A stretch of DNA of 64,000 nucleotides, taken from an uncultured Actinomycetes bacterium. GTDB taxonomy: Bacteria > Actinomycetota > Thermoleophilia > RBG-16-64-13. Shown one piece after another: positions 63,719 to 64,000 of this stretch (the stretch's first letter is position 1; each line of letters opens with the position of its first letter). The stretch spans positions 1-64,000 of the forward strand of contig CAWJDT010000007.1 of the NCBI GenBank assembly GCA_963841735.1, given 5' to 3'. A program made the position numbers and the translations under genes. The notes under the pieces are model-generated. The model was not told the DNA's origin and ran no database searches. It saw only the letters and a list, made by a program, of their open reading frames with translations.

Positions 63719-64000
63719 ATGACGGTGAATCCGATTCTGGCTGTCGGCTCGGTGGCCTTCGACACGATCAAGAACCCGTTCGGCGAGGCCGAGCGCGTGG
63801 TGGGCGGTTCGGCCACGTATTTCTCGGTGGCGGCCTCGTTCTTCACCGACGTGAGGCTTGTGGCCGTGGTGGGTGAGGACTTCGCCGAGCGAGGCGATCA
63901 GATATTCGCCGGACGTTCCATCGACCTAGCCGGCCTGCAGACCGTGCCCGGAGAGACCTTTCGCTGGAAGGGTGAGTACGGGTTCGACCTGAACTCGCGC
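63719..64000 (+). CDS. PfkB-family carbohydrate/nucleoside kinase, 3'-truncated by the window edge
   Basis: ILAVGSVAFDTI..PFG...VGGSATY...VAVVGEDF. Confidence 0.85.
   Translation, partial: MTVNPILAVGSVAFDTIKNPFGEAERVVGGSATYFSVAASFFTDVRLVAVVGEDFAERGDQIFAGRSIDLAGLQTVPGETFRWKGEYGFDLNSR

Noticed and set aside
1-64000. CRISPR array or cas locus (the Fe-S PD-(D/E)XK domains resemble Cas4; WYL genes often flank defence systems)
   Set aside because: No regularly spaced repeats seen; the nuclease domains are fused to AddA/AddB helicase bodies and the WYL gene is PafBC-like

Overview
High-GC bacterial chromosomal window. It is most likely from an anaerobic Actinomycetota (Thermoleophilia-like) genome; this is inferred from the PafBC, CwlM-like and AdnAB/AddAB-like genes, leaderless promoters, rubredoxin and ADP-forming acyl-CoA ligase. 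About 20 genes are broken by 1-bp frameshifts, which looks like uncorrected long-read indel error, so many calls are stitched across frames. Contents: CWB2-anchored surface proteins, an MBOAT/SGNH O-acetylation pair, apgM, rubredoxin, a long K+-independent membrane pyrophosphatase, tandem KimA-like permeases, hutI, a PlsA/PlsR(Ger)-like operon with an MMPL exporter, smpB and tmRNA, a divergent LCP protein, a multidomain subtilase, two CapA paralogs, a CwlM-like amidase, NlpC/P60, HDAC, PilT, a fused PafBC regulator divergent from an AddAB/AdnAB-like helicase-nuclease, tRNA-Pro(CGG), an ECF sigma/anti-sigma pair, mtnP and pfkB. Best leads: (1) the ether-lipid/plasmalogen synthase-like operon coupled to MMPL; (2) the fused PafBC/AddAB DNA-damage module, with Fe-S motifs in both nuclease subunits; (3) an unannotated, highly structured intergenic RNA candidate at about 30.4-30.7 kb; (4) a Na+-riboswitch-like element ahead of hppA. 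No CRISPR array, integrase or transposase was seen.
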